Below are positions 5,527 through 9,427 of a stretch of DNA of 9,427 nt, piece after piece. The number at the start of each line of letters is the position of its first letter. The stretch's first letter is position 1. Position numbers and translations under genes: made by a program. The DNA comes from Nanobdellota archaeon (lineage in GTDB: Archaea; Nanobdellota; Nanobdellia; Pacearchaeales; GW2011-AR1): assembly GCA_018897135.1 (NCBI GenBank), contig JAHILJ010000025.1, positions 1-9,427 of the forward strand. Reading direction: 5' to 3'. The notes under the pieces were generated by a model. The model was not told the origin of the DNA. It saw only the letters and a list, made by a program, of their open reading frames with translations, and made no database searches.

Positions 5527-8500
5527 CAAATCCAGCCACCCAACTTTTCTTGCTTCTCCAAATCTTTTCCAAAAACAGCATCAATATATCTTTTTGTTAA
5601 TTCAAGATTTTGTTGCATGTAATCTGAAAGATTATACTTCTTTGCTAAGTTTAATGCAGCATCTAAATACTTTTTTACTCCCCCTTCATTCACAGTAAAA
5701 ATAACTTTTCCAGAACATTTTGGGCAAACACCAGACAAAGGAAGACGCCTCATAATTTCGTTGCATGCAACACACCTAAAAGTTTGTGTTGAAAACTTTC
5801 TAAGGTTTCCACGCATGTCTCTTAAAAAATGTTTATCAATAATAAGTCGTGCAGTATCAGAAGTGTCGGCAGAACGCAATCTTTCAACAAGTTCCATTTG
5901 GTGTTTTACTTTTTCTTGCATTGTCCCCAAACTTTTATAACTTGAACATATAACACCTGAATTAAAATTATCTGTATTATGTGTAAACCCAAGCCCAACA
6001 AAAGGATCCTCATTTAATCTAAGTGCACAGGCAACGTCTTTTATTTTTACTTCAGAAGAATGTTTTCCTTGTTCTGCTAATTCATAAAGTTCAAGCGGAT
6101 ATTCATTTGAAATTTCAAAATCCAAAATTTGGTCATCAACTTCCCCTGCATTTATTTTAGAATTTAAAACAAGTGGTGCATCTTGCGTGCCCCCACGATG
6201 GCTTGGTAAAAATTCTTTTGAAAAATTTAAAAGAACATCGCCCAATAACATTATTGCGGCTTCGTCACCATCACAATCTCGCCTAATAGCAGCATGCATA
6301 TACGGGCTCGCATACAAACCAAGAGAATCTGAAAACCCAATAAATCTACAAATTACACCTGCACAATTATGCGGCGCCATGCAAACACCAAGTTGACCAA
6401 CAAGATCTTCTCTTTTTTTAATATTATAAAAAGGCTTTAATCCATAAAATTTAACAAGCAATTCGTCTATATAATTACAAATCTTGAAAAAAACATTGTC
6501 TGCTTTTTCGTCAGACGTTTCGCTCGCACTTGGTAAAAAAACATCATGGGGCATTAATTCTAAAATTTGATTTTCGTCAACAAGTTCTTTTCCGTAAATA
6601 TCTTTATCATATCCTAATTCTCTTAATTTTTCAACGCCCACTGAAATTTCTTTTGGTTTAAAAGAAACAATAGGAAGTTCTGTTGCATCAAAACGAATTG
6701 TTCCGTCTTTGTTTACTTGCAAATCAAAACTTGCTCTCAAAATTCCCTTACAAAGATGCTCCATTTTATGCTCAGAAGAAACAGTTCCCCGAACCCCTTT
6801 TATTAAAACAGGAATTTTTTCCCTCGGCAAACCAAGTTTTTCAACAGCTTTTTCAAAATAATGTTTTATATTAACCTCTCGAGTATAACAAGCAAAACCC
6901 TTAACTTCAGAACCAACTTTAGTTTTTGAAAAAGATTTTTCTTTTGTTTCAGGAAAATAAAACATTTGTTTTGTTTTTTCTTGACAATCTTCACAAGCAG
7001 GATAAATTGTTTCTTTTTGACATTTTTCACAAAAGTAAATTGGAAAACTGCTTCGAACACAACCCACATTACAAGCAGCTTGAACACTTCTTAGTCTTCC
7101 TCCCTCATTACCAACAGGAAATAAAACATTTGGACTTCCAACTAATTTTCTTAATTTTGCTTTTTCCGGCCTTCCCATTCTTGCACCAATAAATTCTCCA
7201 GCCTTGTCTTTAATTTTAATTTTTGAAAAACAATTAATATTTTCCAAAACACTTTTTTCAAAATTAATTTTATTTTCAATTTCTAAAAACTTTTTTTTCA
7301 ATGAAATTTTCTCTTTGACAAAAATTCCAAAATTAGAAAGAAAAACTTTACTATTTTCGGGCGTTAAAAGAACATTTTCAATTGTGACTTCGTGTTCAAC
7401 ACCCAAAAGTTCTAAGGCCCTTTTTCCTTGTTCAAATTTTTCTTGAGATTCTTTATCATAAGGAAGAATTATTTTTTCTTCAAAATGAGAATTTTTCAGC
7501 CATTTAATTAAATTTGAAAATTGTTCAGCAGAAATTTGAGTCCAATAAAAAATATACTTCGGGTAAAAAGGAATTTTATATTGCTCGCTTAATTCAATAG
7601 ATTTTTCAAACCCCACATTAAAACAATCTTCAACTTGCCCGCCTTTTTGTTTTAAATTTAAATTCCACCATTCTTCAACATAACCTGGTTTTATTAATTT
7701 AGAATTTCTATTTGCAACATCTGAAAAAGGAAATAAAATATCACCAATATAAATGATTTCTTCAACATCTGGATAAAGTTTTCTTGCTTCTTCAAGAGTT
7801 TGTACTTTTTTTACGCTTCCATTAACAAGTTTTACAATTGGCCCGTCAATAGAATCGCAAACAGTTGTAACACAACCCTTGGTTGGTTTTTCTATTTTTA
7901 ATTGAGTTCCAATTGCAATAAAATTATCTGTAATTCCCATTGTTGCAGGATGTAAAGAAACCGCACTAAACCCAGAAACCCTTCCACGACCATATCGAAA
8001 TCGAAAACCGCCTGATTTTGAAGGATGCCCAAAAACCGGTCTTCCGGCAACCAAATCATTAATATATGTCGGGGAAGCATCTACTTTTCCAAAATCTCTT
8101 TTTTCATGAATCTTAACATAATCTTCTAAAAAATCAAAATCTTTTGAACTAATTCCATTTGATTTTAATTTATTCAAAAGCCGCAAACCTTTTTTTGCTT
8201 TTTGAGCCAAACCCTCAGCCATAATTAAACAAAAACCACTCCTCAAATAATTTGTTTCAACTCTTTCTAAATTTTTATAATTTGAAACTTCAATTTTTTC
8301 AGAAGGCTCACCATTAACTTGAATTGGCATGTGCTCTGCTAAAAACAAGGCCTCTTCTTCGGTCGGCATATATTGAAGATTTGTTATCCTACCATGAAAA
8401 TCTTCCAACTCTGTTGCAACCCTTTTAATTTCATTTGCTGTTGGGTCATATTTTGCATAACCAAAAAGTTCCCTTAAATGATTAATTAAAATTAAGACCA

Positions 8501-8978
8501 TGCAAGACGCTGTTGTCCCTGCACTACGAATCGGCCCTGAAAAATATGCAACAAAATATTCTTTTCCGTCGCGGGTTTTTGCAATTTTAAGTTTTGTAAA
8601 CCCCTCGATTGGAGAAGACACAACACCAAGAGTAATATATGCAAAACCAATTCTAACTCCTGCTTCAATCGCTTCAAGTATATTTGAAAACTTGCAATAT
8701 TTTTGTTTTGCAACTTCTTCTGCGATTTTAAAGGCAACAGCATTATCTAATTTCCCATGCTCTTTTTCTAATTCTAAAATTCGGTTTGAAACTGCAGGAT
8801 TATCTATTTGTGGATAAACAGTTGCAATAAGTTTCACAACTTTTTCAGCCATTGTTTTTGCCAAAGGCACCTCAACTTTAGAAACAGGGTCCAATCCTTT
8901 TGCTCGAGCAACTTCTGCCATGTCATAAACTTTTTTTACATCCAAATCTAATTCTTTAAAATATTTTTGAGTGTTCAT
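5526..8978 (-). CDS. polC: DNA polymerase D (archaeal DNA polymerase II) large catalytic subunit DP2
   Basis: The 1150-aa ORF has an ATG at 8978. The catalytic acidic motif RRDCDGDEAA has its DCDGDE at 6261..6278. ARMGRPEKA is present. There is an internal Cys4 finger, CEKC...CEDC, at 6984..7031 and a C-terminal Cys4 finger, CVAC...CPKC, at 5715..5774. The N-terminal region is typical of DP2. The length and uninterrupted motifs argue against an intein. Confidence 0.95.
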   Translation of the reverse strand: MNTQKYFKELDLDVKKVYDMAEVARAKGLDPVSKVEVPLAKTMAEKVVKLIATVYPQIDNPAVSNRILELEKEHGKLDNAVAFKIAEEVAKQKYCKFSNILEAIEAGVRIGFAYITLGVVSSPIEGFTKLKIAKTRDGKEYFVAYFSGPIRSAGTTASCMVLILINHLRELFGYAKYDPTANEIKRVATELEDFHGRITNLQYMPTEEEALFLAEHMPIQVNGEPSEKIEVSNYKNLERVETNYLRSGFCLIMAEGLAQKAKKGLRLLNKLKSNGISSKDFDFLEDYVKIHEKRDFGKVDASPTYINDLVAGRPVFGHPSKSGGFRFRYGRGRVSGFSAVSLHPATMGITDNFIAIGTQLKIEKPTKGCVTTVCDSIDGPIVKLVNGSVKKVQTLEEARKLYPDVEEIIYIGDILFPFSDVANRNSKLIKPGYVEEWWNLNLKQKGGQVEDCFNVGFEKSIELSEQYKIPFYPKYIFYWTQISAEQFSNLIKWLKNSHFEEKIILPYDKESQEKFEQGKRALELLGVEHEVTIENVLLTPENSKVFLSNFGIFVKEKISLKKKFLEIENKINFEKSVLENINCFSKIKIKDKAGEFIGARMGRPEKAKLRKLVGSPNVLFPVGNEGGRLRSVQAACNVGCVRSSFPIYFCEKCQKETIYPACEDCQEKTKQMFYFPETKEKSFSKTKVGSEVKGFACYTREVNIKHYFEKAVEKLGLPREKIPVLIKGVRGTVSSEHKMEHLCKGILRASFDLQVNKDGTIRFDATELPIVSFKPKEISVGVEKLRELGYDKDIYGKELVDENQILELMPHDVFLPSASETSDEKADNVFFKICNYIDELLVKFYGLKPFYNIKKREDLVGQLGVCMAPHNCAGVICRFIGFSDSLGLYASPYMHAAIRRDCDGDEAAIMLLGDVLLNFSKEFLPSHRGGTQDAPLVLNSKINAGEVDDQILDFEISNEYPLELYELAEQGKHSSEVKIKDVACALRLNEDPFVGLGFTHNTDNFNSGVICSSYKSLGTMQEKVKHQMELVERLRSADTSDTARLIIDKHFLRDMRGNLRKFSTQTFRCVACNEIMRRLPLSGVCPKCSGKVIFTVNEGGVKKYLDAALNLAKKYNLSDYMQQNLELTKRYIDAVFGKDLEKQEKLGGWI
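5536..5541 (-). promoter_or_regulatory. SD-like ribosome-binding site for the methyltransferase gene
   Basis: The minus strand reads GGGTGG, 9 nt upstream of the ATG at 5526 and inside the 3' end of the DP2 gene. Confidence 0.35.
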
Positions 8979-9427
8979 TTTAAACCCCCAAATAAAAGCA
9001 TTATTGCTTCATATTTTAATTTAATTAATTCTTTTCCTTCTAAAGAAAGTTGATTCCATTTATTTTGTGTTTTTTGTTTGACAGATTTTTTTATTTCTTT
9101 TTGATTTTTTATTTTGTCTGCTTCAATAACCCATAAAAAATAACCTTCCAAATTATCAAAAAAGGTTAAACACTCTGCTTCTGCAACAACCTTTTCCTCA
9201 ATTGTTTCAAGATAATTTTTAATCGAAGCGCGGTGATTTAAAACACATTTTTTAACTTTTTCAATTTTATCTTCGGGGTAACCTAATTCCCTTAATTTTT
9301 TTTCAGCAACCTCTGCCCCTGTAATATGATGGTTTTCTCGACCATAAATTAAAGATCCAATATCATGAAGCCACGCAGAAATTTCAATTATTTCCAAATT
9401 GCCCCCTTTTTTTTCAGACAATTCCCT
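8975..9427 (-). CDS. HD-domain metal-dependent phosphohydrolase, 5'-partial (N-terminus beyond the right window edge)
   Basis: LEIIEISAWLHDIG is the HD dyad, followed by HHITGA and LNHR, as in PF01966-type proteins. The frame stays open upstream of the track's TTG (codons at 9422..9427 read R-E), and the first conserved His of the domain is missing, so the gene is truncated by the window. Its TGA stop at 8977..8975 overlaps the polC ATG (ATGA). Confidence 0.8.
   Translation of the reverse strand, partial: RELSEKKGGNLEIIEISAWLHDIGSLIYGRENHHITGAEVAEKKLRELGYPEDKIEKVKKCVLNHRASIKNYLETIEEKVVAEAECLTFFDNLEGYFLWVIEADKIKNQKEIKKSVKQKTQNKWNQLSLEGKELIKLKYEAIMLLFGGLK
8985..8989 (-). promoter_or_regulatory. 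SD-like ribosome-binding site for polC (DP2)
   Basis: The minus strand reads GGGGG followed by the spacer TTTAAA and then the ATG at 8978. The site lies within the last codons of the HD gene. Confidence 0.45.

Noticed and set aside
6187-8817. Eight short track ORFs inside polC: five on the plus strand (6187..6396, 6683..6874, 6926..7192, 7204..7446, 8500..8817) and three in other minus frames (6866..7087, 7898..8080, 8492..8743)
   Set aside because: All are fully nested in the strongly conserved DP2 reading frame and have low-complexity K/F/L/I-rich products. They are shadow ORFs, not genes.
5526-8978. Possible intein or large insertion in DP2
   Set aside because: A 1150-aa length is at or below typical intein-free DP2 size. 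The conserved blocks run on without a ~150-500 aa interruption, and I saw no splice-junction or homing-endonuclease motifs.
8975-8978. Possible alternative genetic code (TGA recoding), given the low GC
   Set aside because: TGA terminates both the HD gene (ATGA overlap with the polC start) and polC itself (TGATG overlap with the next start), at positions consistent with expected protein ends. TAA and TAG are also used as stops, so the standard code fits.
1-9427. tRNA, rRNA, CRISPR array, IS/transposon ends, integrase, toxin-antitoxin or known defence genes
   Set aside because: No intergenic space exceeds 85 nt. I saw no direct repeat-spacer periodicity, no terminal inverted repeats and no recombinase or nuclease signatures other than the HD domain. 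Nothing supports these feature types.

Overview
This is an AT-rich, very gene-dense segment: the largest intergenic gap is 85 nt, and two gene junctions share 1-4 nt. It is almost certainly archaeal, because it encodes a full-length, apparently intein-free DNA polymerase D large subunit (DP2), an archaea-specific replicase. Low GC, compact genes and TATA boxes 22-25 nt from start codons fit a small-genome (DPANN-like) archaeon, but that lineage call is inference. I support eight CDSs. (1) A 418-codon minus-strand frame at 1..1254 is absent from the supplied ORF track because its stop lies off the left edge; it encodes a signal-peptide protein of unknown function. (2) A TctA/DUF112-type polytopic membrane protein. 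(3) A PurF-like amidophosphoribosyltransferase with a degenerate glutaminase active site and an intact PRTase motif. (4) A small exported all-beta protein ending in Phe that resembles a bacterial 8-stranded outer-membrane barrel. (5) A divergently transcribed small lipobox protein with a prealbumin-like (CarboxypepD_reg / SdrD-B-like) beta-sandwich. (6-8) A minus-strand operon of HD phosphohydrolase, PolD DP2 and a class I SAM methyltransferase, joined by ATGA and TGATG overlaps with SD-like G-runs. I found no rRNA, tRNA, CRISPR array, IS element or recognisable defence system, and TGA is used as a stop, so the standard code applies. I cannot point to a coherent novel multi-gene system. The items most worth follow-up are the pseudo-glutaminase PurF homologue, the bacterial-envelope-like beta-barrel/lipoprotein pair in an archaeal context, the untracked secreted orphan, and the HD-DP2-methyltransferase coupling. 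All homology statements come from motif recognition by eye and need HMM or structure searches.
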